Assembly (NCBI GenBank): GCA_040752415.1
Contig: JBFMGU010000155.1
Span: 1 to 25,735, forward strand
Length of the DNA stretch: 25,735 nucleotides
Direction: 5' to 3'
Source of the DNA: Myxococcota bacterium
GTDB lineage: Bacteria > Myxococcota > JACRCW01
In this document: positions 17,149 to 25,734 of the stretch, piece by piece
Layout: each line of letters begins with the position of its first letter
How positions within the stretch are numbered: position 1 is the stretch's first letter
Notes under the pieces: model-generated
Seen by the model: only the letters and a program-made list of their open reading frames with translations
What the model was told of the DNA's origin: nothing
Database searches by the model: none
Program-made: the position numbers and the translations under genes

Positions 17149-17883
17149 TCAGCGCGGCGTGACGGTGAAGGGCTTCTCCGCCACCGTGACGTCGTCGACG
17201 CGGAAGCGGCAGGAGTAGTTGCCCGCGCCAAAGCCCTGCGGCGTGTCCGACGGGAAATGCTTGGCGTAGACGGTGAGCTGGAGGTCCGGCTCAATGCCCT
17301 GCGACTGTCCCACGATGGCGCCGCTGCGCATCAGCAACGTCGACACCCGCTTCCCGCGCGTGCCCGCCAACGTGGCGCTGCAGGTGATCTCCGTGGTGTC
17401 CTGGAAACCCTGCGCGGACAGGTCCTCCTTGCACAGGCGCACATCGGCGTCCCAATTCGCGGCGCTGGTGGGACACACCGCGGTGTCCAGGAAGGGTCCG
17501 TCCTCGGCGTCGCTGCGGAAGCTGGCGGTGCGGCTCTCCTCGCCCACGGTCAGCTCGCAGCGCCACGCACCGCCGGGCAGCAGGGACACGCCCGCGCGCG
17601 AATAGCGGAACGTCACGTTACCGGAGTCCGAGCCGATGTCCTCCTCCACGGCGAGGAGCTCGTCGTCCAGGTAGAGCATGCGGGCCTTGATCTTCTGACC
17701 TAACATCCCCTCCACGGGCAGGGAGCAGATGACCTCCCCCGTGGTGAGACTTCCATCGCGGTGATTCGCGTTGCAGCGCCGCGCTTCGGCATCGAATTCC
17801 TCGACGCCACACACGCTGATCTCACCCACCGGCTGCTGGCAGGCCGAAACCAGGACGAAGCTACCCAGGAGGATTCCACGCAT
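17149..17883 (-). CDS. Lipoprotein with two tandem Cys-stabilised Ig-like domains
   Basis: Lipobox MRGILLGSFVLVSAC; GAGG RBS; internal duplication with 4 Cys per half. Confidence 0.8.
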   Translation of the reverse strand: MRGILLGSFVLVSACQQPVGEISVCGVEEFDAEARRCNANHRDGSLTTGEVICSLPVEGMLGQKIKARMLYLDDELLAVEEDIGSDSGNVTFRYSRAGVSLLPGGAWRCELTVGEESRTASFRSDAEDGPFLDTAVCPTSAANWDADVRLCKEDLSAQGFQDTTEITCSATLAGTRGKRVSTLLMRSGAIVGQSQGIEPDLQLTVYAKHFPSDTPQGFGAGNYSCRFRVDDVTVAEKPFTVTPR

Positions 17884-17935
17884 GACGCACCTCGCGCGCC
17901 ATGTTGACCCGGAGGTCGCAGGAACGCCAGGGTGC

Positions 17936-18388
17936 TCAGCGCGTTGCTCCCGCTCCCGCTTCCCGGGCCAGCTCCTCGGGAAGCGCGGCGCGCATCCTGG
18001 GCAGCAGCACCTTGAGCTGGGCAATCACCGTCGCGGATGCGCCGTCGCTGATGCGCTCCACGGCGTCTTCCAGGCGCTGGAAGCCTTCCACTCCCGCGCC
18101 GCCCGGCGTGCGTCCCGCCCGTCCGGCGATCAACGTCAGGGTCGCGGGAGTGCCCACGCACGCCATGCGCTCGAACATGCCCGCGGTGCCGCGGTGGATC
18201 TGCGTGAGCTCGTCGCGGACTTCCGGAACGATCTCCGCGCTCCACACCACCAGCAGTCGGCCGCGGCCCGCATGACGCTCCCGCACCGGCCCCGTGGCGA
18301 CGAAAGCGCTCCGCATGTCCGTCCGTCCCACCGTCCCCTGCACCAACCACACCGCCACATTCTCGACGAGATGCACGCTGATTGGCAT
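17936..18388 (-). CDS. Small alpha/beta protein, STAS/SEC14 (SpoIIAA)-like
   Basis: GGAGG RBS before ATG 18388. The pattern VQGTV...LLVV...PEVR...ACVG...F..LEDA resembles myxobacterial STAS/SEC14-like proteins; the family call is tentative. Confidence 0.55.
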   Translation of the reverse strand: MPISVHLVENVAVWLVQGTVGRTDMRSAFVATGPVRERHAGRGRLLVVWSAEIVPEVRDELTQIHRGTAGMFERMACVGTPATLTLIAGRAGRTPGGAGVEGFQRLEDAVERISDGASATVIAQLKVLLPRMRAALPEELAREAGAGATR

Positions 18389-18568
18389 GGCGCCTCCATT
18401 GGTCACGCTCAAGCATGCCGCCATCCCCGCGCGGGTGATCCTCCACCATCCCGACGATGCGAGCCGGGATCACAATCGGCGTGCCTGTGGTCACGCCTCT
18501 CCACACCGCACGTTGGCCTGGACGTTGCCGGTGGCGACGACGTACGTACGCCCATCCCGGAGGTCGCC

Positions 18569-19060
18569 ATGTCCCTTGCTCGAGTGTTGTTTTCCGCCGC
18601 GGTGGTGTTGGGGCTGTTCACGTCGGAGGCGCGCGCGGAGAAGGCCGTGATCCTGGTGCGCCACGCCGAGAAGGTGGACCAGTCCAAGGACGCCGCGCTC
18701 TCGGAGACGGGCAAGCAGCGCGCGCAGAGGTTGGCCCAGCTGCTGGCCCGCACCGGCGTCACGCACGTCTTCACCAGCGAGTACATCCGCACCCGCACCA
18801 CCGCGGAGCCGCTGGCGCGCGCCGCGAAGGTGACGCCGGTGGTGGTTTCCGCCGCGGATGAGGCGGCGCTGGTGAAGCAGATCCGCGCCCTGCCCCATGA
18901 CGCGGTGGTGCTGGTGGTGGGTCACTCCAACACGCTGCCCGGTCTGCTCAAGGCGCTGGGTCACCGCGGAGAAGTGACCATTGCCGACGACGAGTACGGC
19001 CGCGTCTTCATGCTGGTGAAGCGGGAAGGAGGGCCCGCGCTGCTCGAGGTGGCGTACTGA
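18569..19060 (+). CDS. Exported histidine phosphatase (SixA/phosphoglycerate mutase family)
   Basis: GGAGG RBS; signal peptide ending ARA; LVRHAEK, LSETG, S-x3-RT-x2-T and LVVGHSNT motifs. Confidence 0.92.
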   Translation: MSLARVLFSAAVVLGLFTSEARAEKAVILVRHAEKVDQSKDAALSETGKQRAQRLAQLLARTGVTHVFTSEYIRTRTTAEPLARAAKVTPVVVSAADEAALVKQIRALPHDAVVLVVGHSNTLPGLLKALGHRGEVTIADDEYGRVFMLVKREGGPALLEVAY

Positions 19061-19067
19061 CGTGGGC

Positions 19068-19946
19068 TCACCGACCGGACAGCAGTGTCTGCATCTTGCG
19101 GCTTGCCGCGGCGTCGCGCTTGAGCCAGCCGGCCACCGTCTTCACGGCGTTCACGTACGCGGTGTCCTTGCGCAGCTCCGTCACGGACGCTTTCACACCG
19201 CGCTTGTTGGCGTCACGCGCGGGCTTGCCGGGGAAGAAGTAGGCCTGCGTCACCGGTCCGGCGAAGAGCTGGTCCCCGGTCTCCGCCAGGTGCTCATCCG
19301 CGGCGCGCTTCACGCCGTGCCCCTCATCAAAATAGTCATCCAGCACGACGACACCGCCCGGCTCCATGCGCGGAACCAGCTGCTCCAGGCACACCGTGGT
19401 GCTGGAGTACAGGTCACCGTCCAGGTGCGCGAGGCAGAAGCGCTCGTCGGTGAGCTGGGGCAGCGTCTCGTGGAACCAGCCGGGCATGATCACCACCATG
19501 TCCGCAATGCCGGCCTTGTTGATCACCATCTCCACCGCGTGGCGGTCCGCGGCGAACCAGCCTGCCGAGTAGAAATCGTCGACCTTGGGGTCCGGCGCGG
19601 GCAGACCGCGGAAGCTGTCCAGCATGTAGATCTTCTTGCGGATGCCCCAACGCTTGAGCATCACGCCCATCATCGCGCTCATGGCGCCCATGAACACGCC
19701 ACACTCGATGATGTCTCCCGGCACGTTGCGCACCGCGTGCAGACGACGTGCGACGCCGGCCGCGCGCCACGGGTCCATGGGCGTGATGGCGGTGATGTGC
19801 GGCCAGATCTCGTCGAAGCCTTCCGGGAAGCGCGGCATGGCCCGCGGGGTCTGCTTGCAGATTTCCGCCTGCAGGCGCTTGTCAAAGATGTAACGCTGGG
19901 CGGCCAACCAATGCGCCTGGAACACGTCGAGCTTCTCTGTGGGCAT
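19068..19946 (-). CDS. TylF/MycF/NovP family O-methyltransferase
   Basis: VPGDIIECGVFMG, DSFRGLP, GWFHETLP, HLDGDLYSST and GGVVVLDDY motifs. Start chosen at ATG 19946 (GGGAG upstream); earlier starts are possible. Confidence 0.92.
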   Translation of the reverse strand: MPTEKLDVFQAHWLAAQRYIFDKRLQAEICKQTPRAMPRFPEGFDEIWPHITAITPMDPWRAAGVARRLHAVRNVPGDIIECGVFMGAMSAMMGVMLKRWGIRKKIYMLDSFRGLPAPDPKVDDFYSAGWFAADRHAVEMVINKAGIADMVVIMPGWFHETLPQLTDERFCLAHLDGDLYSSTTVCLEQLVPRMEPGGVVVLDDYFDEGHGVKRAADEHLAETGDQLFAGPVTQAYFFPGKPARDANKRGVKASVTELRKDTAYVNAVKTVAGWLKRDAAASRKMQTLLSGR

Positions 19947-20011
19947 CAAGGGCTCCCGAGGATGCATGCACGTCAGCACAGGCTGGCCCGCGACGCCAGG
20001 GGAGGATGCTC

Positions 20012-21250
20012 GTGAAGCTTGCCGTGTTGGGGTGCTCCGCCATCACCACCGGTGAGCTCACCGTGGCGCTGGAGTTTGCACGACGACTGCGCCGTGACGT
20101 CGCGCTGCACGCCTTGGTGGGCACACCCGCCCTGGCGGCGGCCCGCGCGCACGGTGCCACGGTCCACCCCTGGCCCACGGTGGGCGCGCGCGGTGCGGCG
20201 TTCCAACGCATTGCGAACACGCTGCAGGATCTCCGTCCCGACGTTCTCCTGGTCGCGGACCTCTTCCTGCTGCACGGACTGTCACCGGAGCTGGGGTCAA
20301 GCCTGCTCCCGCTGCTGGAACACGCGATGCGGCGCATGCCGGTGGTGGCGCTGGACTACTACGATTTCCGTCGTCACCGCGGCCACCTGGACCTGCTCGG
20401 CGAGCGCGTGGTGCTGCCGACGATGTCGAGCCTGCCGGGGGTGGTGCTGCCGTCTCCGTTGGTGCCGCCCGAAGGGAACACGCCCGGCCGTGGCCGCTTC
20501 CTCATGATGGACGACGTGGGACCGCTCTCGGCAGAGCGACGACGGGAGATTCGCGGTGGGCTGGGGCTCGGCGCGAAGGAGAAGGTCATCATCCTCACCA
20601 CCTCGAGATGGCAGCACGAGGTTCCGCGCATTCCCGCCGCACGCCCCATGGCGGAACACATTCCCGGCTGGCTGCTGCGTTGCCTCGACGTCGCCGCGCG
20701 CGCGGCAGGTGGTGTGACGTTGCTCCACGTCAGTCCGGTGCCCCTGGATGCCCCCGCGCTCGACTCGTTGCGCTACCGCCACATGCCCTCGCTCCCACGT
20801 GATCGGTTCGTCGACGTCATGAGCAGTGTGGACCTGGCGCTCTCCCTCAACACGCCTGCATCCTCCAACATCCGCGCCATGACGCTGCGCGTGCCCGTCC
20901 TATGCGCGCACCTGCCCGACACCCCGACGCTACCCACCGTTTCCGACGTCAGCCTGGCGCGAGAACGCGATGTGTTGCTGGGCCAGTTGGGCAAACCACA
21001 CGCGTGGTCACTGTGGCCGGCGGGGTTCTACACCTTTGTGCAGGAGGTGCTGCGCGACAACCCGTTCTCGTCGGTGCACCGCTACGTGAACGTGCTGGAT
21101 GCGGACGCTTTGATTGCCGAAGCCACGCGCCTGCTCACAAACGCTGACGACGTGCGTCACGCGCAGGAACGCTATCTCCGCACGGCCGCCTCGACGGTGG
21201 GAACACCGGATGAGGCGCTGGACGCCGCGTTGAACATCAGCGCGAAGTAG
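20012..21250 (+). CDS. Glycosyltransferase (GT-B)-like protein, possibly DUF6365 family
   Basis: N-terminal GE-x3-A-x2-FA-x2-L, RPDVLLVAD, C-lobe F-x2-VMSSVDLALS...RAM-x3-VPVL. GGAGG spacing favours GTG 20012 over ATG 20006. The family is from recall only. Confidence 0.65.
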   Translation: MKLAVLGCSAITTGELTVALEFARRLRRDVALHALVGTPALAAARAHGATVHPWPTVGARGAAFQRIANTLQDLRPDVLLVADLFLLHGLSPELGSSLLPLLEHAMRRMPVVALDYYDFRRHRGHLDLLGERVVLPTMSSLPGVVLPSPLVPPEGNTPGRGRFLMMDDVGPLSAERRREIRGGLGLGAKEKVIILTTSRWQHEVPRIPAARPMAEHIPGWLLRCLDVAARAAGGVTLLHVSPVPLDAPALDSLRYRHMPSLPRDRFVDVMSSVDLALSLNTPASSNIRAMTLRVPVLCAHLPDTPTLPTVSDVSLARERDVLLGQLGKPHAWSLWPAGFYTFVQEVLRDNPFSSVHRYVNVLDADALIAEATRLLTNADDVRHAQERYLRTAASTVGTPDEALDAALNISAK

Positions 21251-21302
21251 ACCGCAGACCCATGGGTACTTGTTCGTGCTGCGACTGCCGCGCTTCGCCG
21301 GC

Positions 21303-23270
21303 TCAGGGTCCGACGGGTCCCTTCACCACGCCATCGCCGTAGATGGTTGGGACGTTGGCGCCATAGCGAACCGCATGTCCCGCCGCGCCCGGCGTGGACG
21401 GAGAGGTGCACGACGGGGACCCGCTGTTTCCGAGGCCGGGCTCTCCAAAACCGCCTCCGGTGCCACCGCTGAGCGTGTTCGTCCCGTCCGTGGCGGTGCC
21501 GCCGACGCCCCCCAGCGTCGAACCGGGATTGCCCGGCGCGCCGGTCCGCACGCAGCCGTCGTCGCCGCAGAACGCGCAATCCCCGTCGTTGGGACTCACC
21601 GAGCAGTCCACCGGCGGACACGACGTCGGGAGCGGCGCCGTGGTGGCCGCAGCTCCTCCTCCGCCAGCCGCCCCGCCTGCGCCGCCGCCTCCGCCAGCAT
21701 TAAGGCCGCAACCCGACGCACCCGCGCCGCCACCTCCACCGCCATAGATGGTTCCATGGTTGGCAACGATGAGACTTGCGAGGGTCGCGCTGTCGATGGC
21801 CGTGCCCCCATTCTCGCCGGGCCGCCCGCAATTTCCGTCGACCTGCGACCCGGTGGCGCCATTGCCGCCCGAGCCACCCGCACCGCCCGCGCCCCAGATG
21901 TTCCCGTGGTTGGTGAGCAGCACCTCCGTGTTGACGGGCAGCCCGTCCATGGTCATGGCAGGGAGCGAGGGAGTGAGCGAGGCAACGGTGACCCCCGGCC
22001 TGATGGTGATGTAGAGTTCCGTGCCCACGCCGCCGTTTCCCTCGGCGCGCGCGTTGACGGCGCCCGCGTCGTAGTTGAGCACATCCGCCACAATCCACTG
22101 TTCCCCGTGCATCGCGACGCACCGGCTGTCGCAGCCGTCGCCGTCGTTGGTGTTGCTGTCGTCGCAAAGCTCATCGGCATGACGGATGCCGTCGCCGCAG
22201 ACACCCGCGCAGTCGGCGGTGCAACCATCCCCGGAGACGGTGTTGCCATCATCGCAGGCCTCGAGGTCGGTGTTGTGGAAGCCGTCGCCACAGACATCGA
22301 GGCGGCAGGAGTTGGGACATCCGTTGTTGTTGTTCGTGTCACCGTCGTCGCACTGCTCCACGGCGGTGTGGATGAACCCGTCGCCGCAGAAGGCAACGGC
22401 ACAGGTACCCACGCAGCTGTCGTTGTTGTCGTTGTTGCCGTCGTCGCATTCCTCAAAGACGCTGACAAAGCCGTTGCCGCAGCCGCGCCCACAGTTGCTG
22501 GGGCACGTGTCTCCGTCCAGGGGATTTCCGTCGTCACAGGTCTCGCCCGGCTCGGGCTGGCCGTTGCCGCACACGCCGCGGCAGTCGCCGTTGCAACCAT
22601 CGGCGTCGTAGGTGTTGCCGTCGTCGCACGCTTCGAAACCCGCGCGCACAAAGCCATCTCCACAGGATGCCGCCAGGCAGTTGTTGAGGCAGCCGTCCGT
22701 GTTGTCCGTGTTGCCGTCATCGCATTCCTCGTCAGGGTCCGTGATGTCGTCGCCACATCCCGCCGGGGTGCCGGAGCTGGAAGCGGACGAGCTGGAGGAC
22801 GAAGCGCTCGAGGAGGAAGAGCTGCTCGAGCTGGACGACGACGAGCTCGCGCTGGATGACGACGAAGACGCGCCGGAAGACGACGTGGTCGAGCTTGTTA
22901 CGGACGGGGCGCCACTCGAGCTCGAGGAAGACAAGGAGCCACCCGACGACGAGGAAGCGCTGGAGCTCGCGGTGGCGGCCGAGCTTGTCGTTCCACCGCT
23001 GGACGACGATGTCGACGCGCCGCTCGCGCTGGAGGCGCTGGAAGTGGATGCTGCGCTCGACGAGGAGCCGCTGCTGGCCCCGCCGGAGGACGACGTGCTG
23101 GCTCCGCCCTGCACGGACGCGTCGGGGGAAACTGATGACACCTGGACGCAGGTTCCTGCGGTGCAGATGTGACCCTCGAGACAATCGCCGTCCTCGGAGC
23201 ACGCGTTGTTCAGGGAGCACGCAGCCGTTGCCAGCAGAACGCCGCAGATGATGATGGTGAACGCCTTCAT
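21303..23270 (-). CDS. Surface lipoprotein: Ser-rich linker, 7 myxococcal Cys-rich (DUF4215-type) repeats, C-terminal Gly-rich gp38-adhesin-like domain
   Basis: Lipobox MKAFTIIICGVLLATAAC at ATG 23270; CG[DN]x...ExCDD[GS]x...C-x3-C repeats; C-terminal polyglycine motifs. Confidence 0.9.
   Translation of the reverse strand: MKAFTIIICGVLLATAACSLNNACSEDGDCLEGHICTAGTCVQVSSVSPDASVQGGASTSSSGGASSGSSSSAASTSSASSASGASTSSSSGGTTSSAATASSSASSSSGGSLSSSSSSGAPSVTSSTTSSSGASSSSSSASSSSSSSSSSSSSSASSSSSSASSSGTPAGCGDDITDPDEECDDGNTDNTDGCLNNCLAASCGDGFVRAGFEACDDGNTYDADGCNGDCRGVCGNGQPEPGETCDDGNPLDGDTCPSNCGRGCGNGFVSVFEECDDGNNDNNDSCVGTCAVAFCGDGFIHTAVEQCDDGDTNNNNGCPNSCRLDVCGDGFHNTDLEACDDGNTVSGDGCTADCAGVCGDGIRHADELCDDSNTNDGDGCDSRCVAMHGEQWIVADVLNYDAGAVNARAEGNGGVGTELYITIRPGVTVASLTPSLPAMTMDGLPVNTEVLLTNHGNIWGAGGAGGSGGNGATGSQVDGNCGRPGENGGTAIDSATLASLIVANHGTIYGGGGGGAGASGCGLNAGGGGGAGGAAGGGGAAATTAPLPTSCPPVDCSVSPNDGDCAFCGDDGCVRTGAPGNPGSTLGGVGGTATDGTNTLSGGTGGGFGEPGLGNSGSPSCTSPSTPGAAGHAVRYGANVPTIYGDGVVKGPVGP
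22119..22757 (-). repeat. Seven tandem myxococcal cysteine-rich repeats (~30-32 aa each)
   Basis: From CGDDITDPDEECDDGNTDNTDGCLNNC to CGDGIRHADELCDDSNTNDGDGCDSRC. Confidence 0.9.
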
Positions 23271-23408
23271 CCCAGCCGCAAGTCTCCACCCTGCCCACCC
23301 CGGCGACAACCTCCAGCCCTGTGGTCGCGTGGATTCCCAGGGGTCAGGGCCAACCCACGCGGACGACTGCGTGCTTACCTGCCGCCCCTTGCAACGCGGA
23401 GCCCAGGT

Positions 23409-23588
23409 CTCGCCCGGTCGGAACCACGCTTGTGAACGCGCGCCGGCGTACAGCCGCTCTCCGGTGCTCATCATGCGCTCCACCACCGCGCGGCCCGCGG
23501 TCCAGCGCGCATCAAAGCAATCGACGACGACGACGGCGCCTCTCGGCGACACGCGGGGCACCACCTCCGCCAGGCACGTGCGCGTTCC
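23409..23588 (-). pseudogene. Degenerate fragment of a second TylF-family methyltransferase
   Basis: Translation GTRTCLAEVVPRVSPRGAVVVVDCFD...TGERLYAGARSQAWFRPGE aligns without gaps to the part of the 19068-19946 gene encoded by 19224-19403 (26/60 identical by hand). In-frame stop at 23610-23612; N-terminal SAM motifs not detected. Confidence 0.8.
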
Positions 23589-23707
23589 CTTGGAAATCGC
23601 GAAACATGTTCAACGCACGCCCCAGGCCATCGCGAGCGCCTGCCCTGACCGCGCGTCGGTTGCAACACTGGGGCTGGTGGAGCAATTGAGTGCCGAGAGA
23701 GGAACGC

Positions 23708-24133
23708 ATGGCCGACATCAAGACCAAGCCCACCGATGTGAGCGTCGACGCCTTCCTGGACGGCGTCGAGCACCCCGTGCGGCGCGCCGACGGAAAGGCG
23801 GTGCGCGCGATGATGGAGCGGATCACCGGCGAGCCCGCGGTGATTTGGGGACCTTCGATCGTCGGCTTCGGCAGCTATCACTATCGCTACGCCACCGGGC
23901 ACGAGGGCGACATGTGCCGCATCGGCTTCTCGCCGCGCCGGGCCAATCTCGTGCTCTACGTCGGTGGCTTCCCCGAATACGAGGCGCTGCTCGGGAAGCT
24001 CGGCAAGCACAAGCGCTCCAAGGCCTGCCTCTATCTGAACAAGCTGGCCGACGTGGACGTGCGCGTGCTCGAGGAGATTATCCGGCGAACCTACGCGGCG
24101 GCCAAGGACGTCGACCACTGCACGGTGTGCTGA
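23708..24133 (+). CDS. DUF1801 (YdhG-like) domain protein
   Basis: KTKPTDVSVDAFL, ITGEPAVIWGPSIVGFGSYHYRYATG, GFSPR, LGKHK and CLYLNKL motifs; GAGAGG RBS before ATG 23708. Confidence 0.9.
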   Translation: MADIKTKPTDVSVDAFLDGVEHPVRRADGKAVRAMMERITGEPAVIWGPSIVGFGSYHYRYATGHEGDMCRIGFSPRRANLVLYVGGFPEYEALLGKLGKHKRSKACLYLNKLADVDVRVLEEIIRRTYAAAKDVDHCTVC

Positions 24134-24321
24134 GGCGGGCTGCCCCCGGATGCTTGCCGTGAGGCGCTGGTGGCCAACCGCTCCACTTCCTCCTGGACAC
24201 CGCCGCCGTCGAGGTCTTCCCGAACCCTGGTCCCATGTACCGACTCGGCTCGCTGACGGTGAGCCCTTCTGGATCCACTGGACCGACGGTGTTGCCGTGA
24301 CGGTCGAGCCGATGGACGCAT

Positions 24322-25734
24322 TCACCCGCCCGACGGCGAGAAGCGCAGGCCCAGGTCCACGGGGCGCCCGGTCATGGCGCGAAGCCGCTGCAGGACACTG
24401 AGCAGCCCATCCGTGGAGCTCCGCACCGGCGGCGCGTGCAGGCCTCCCGCGAGCACCTGCTGCACGTCCGCGGGTGTCTGCGCCTCGGCCAGCCGCTGCA
24501 GGACGGGGTCGCTGCCGTTCTGGCGGCCCACCACCTCGCGGGCCTGGTCACGCAGCGCCATCATGCGCTGCTCATTGAGCTGGATGGTCACGTCCAGGCG
24601 CGGGTGCTGCAGCGCGACCGAGCCATCGGTGGCGGGAGTCTGCCGGGGCGGGAGACCCGCAGCCTCCATGAAGGCGCGGGCGGTCGCCGCCGGCACGTTC
24701 TGCATGGAGATGTCCGTGCCGAGGACCGGGTCCTCCGAGGGTGCACGGGTGATCCGCGCGGTGGTGGTGAGGTCGCCCTCGCGGACCGACAGGCTGCGCT
24801 CCTGCGTCCCGTCGGGGCGAACGGTGCCCTGCACCTGCACGCCACGCTCCGCGGCGGTGATCTCCAGCGGCCCCAGGGACAGGCCAATCGACGTGTCCAC
24901 GTTCACCGTGGTGGTGTCCCCCGCGGCGCGAACGCCGGGCGTGCCGGGTTCCGGGAGGCGACCGGTGGCCGTGAACTCGCGGTACGCGTCGCGGCCCTCC
25001 GGCGTGGAGATGTCGATGTCCACCGCGCGACTGTGTTCCGTCTCAAAGGACCGCTCGACGCCAACCTTCACGCCCGGCGCGCTCACGCCGGTGGAATCCT
25101 GCACGCCCGCCAGGCGCCCGGCGGTGACCCGCACCGTGTTCTCGTCCAGGCGGCTCACCTCGAACGCCGTGCCTTCCGAGCGCCCCTGGCCAAACTCCAT
25201 CCCGATGCCCCGGAAGGACGCGCCCAGGGTGCTGCCCTGGTTCTGCTCGGCGCTGACGCGCACGGACGCGCCCACCGGGATGGTCTCCGGCGAGAACACG
25301 TCCGGCCGCGGAATGCGCCCGTCCGCCACCGCCTGCACGGTGTCCCGGGGGCCGGTCAGCTCGTAGGCCGCGCGGGACCCGGCTTCCACGCCCGCGGACA
25401 CGCCCACCGCGCCCACGTCCACGGACGCCTGCAGCGACGCCTCCTGCGACCGGCCCACCGCCAGCGTGGAGGTGCCGTCGGGGTGGTGGGTCAGCGCGTT
25501 GCGCTGCACCTCGTCGCGCGTGCGCATCTCCACTTCGCCCGGCCCCACGGACACCCGCGTGTGGCGGTCCTGGTCCATCGCCGGGAGCCCGGTGAGGGCT
25601 TCGGCCTGCACGGAGAGCGGTGAGCGGGACGAGAGGCGCGCTTCCAACGCTGCGCGGTCCAGACCGCCCAGCCGCTGCGCCGCCACCGTGCGCGTGGCGG
25701 CCACCTCGGCCGCGGTGCGCTCGGGGCGGGCGGG
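24322..25734 (-). CDS. Hypothetical protein, candidate toxin/effector domain; 5' end outside the window
   Basis: The frame stays open to the right edge, so GTG 25704 is probably not the true start. Strong codon bias; amphipathic beta-strands and the motif DISTPEGRDAYREF. Confidence 0.8.
   Translation of the reverse strand, partial: PARPERTAAEVAATRTVAAQRLGGLDRAALEARLSSRSPLSVQAEALTGLPAMDQDRHTRVSVGPGEVEMRTRDEVQRNALTHHPDGTSTLAVGRSQEASLQASVDVGAVGVSAGVEAGSRAAYELTGPRDTVQAVADGRIPRPDVFSPETIPVGASVRVSAEQNQGSTLGASFRGIGMEFGQGRSEGTAFEVSRLDENTVRVTAGRLAGVQDSTGVSAPGVKVGVERSFETEHSRAVDIDISTPEGRDAYREFTATGRLPEPGTPGVRAAGDTTTVNVDTSIGLSLGPLEITAAERGVQVQGTVRPDGTQERSLSVREGDLTTTARITRAPSEDPVLGTDISMQNVPAATARAFMEAAGLPPRQTPATDGSVALQHPRLDVTIQLNEQRMMALRDQAREVVGRQNGSDPVLQRLAEAQTPADVQQVLAGGLHAPPVRSSTDGLLSVLQRLRAMTGRPVDLGLRFSPSGG

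Noticed and set aside
21303..22100. Prophage remnant or PE-PGRS/collagen-like repeat
   Set aside because: No other phage genes are present and the domain is fused in frame to a host-type lipoprotein; the Gly runs are discrete motifs, not GGA/GGN or Gly-X-Y periodic repeats.
23271..23564. N-terminal extension of the 753-aa ORF as part of the lipoprotein
   Set aside because: The lipoprotein signal starts at 23270; the extension is largely a TylF pseudogene remnant.
24134..24321. Small ORFs as an immunity gene for the right-edge protein
   Set aside because: No frame gives a convincing RBS, codon bias and protein-like sequence throughout; the minus-strand candidates run into the DUF1801 gene.
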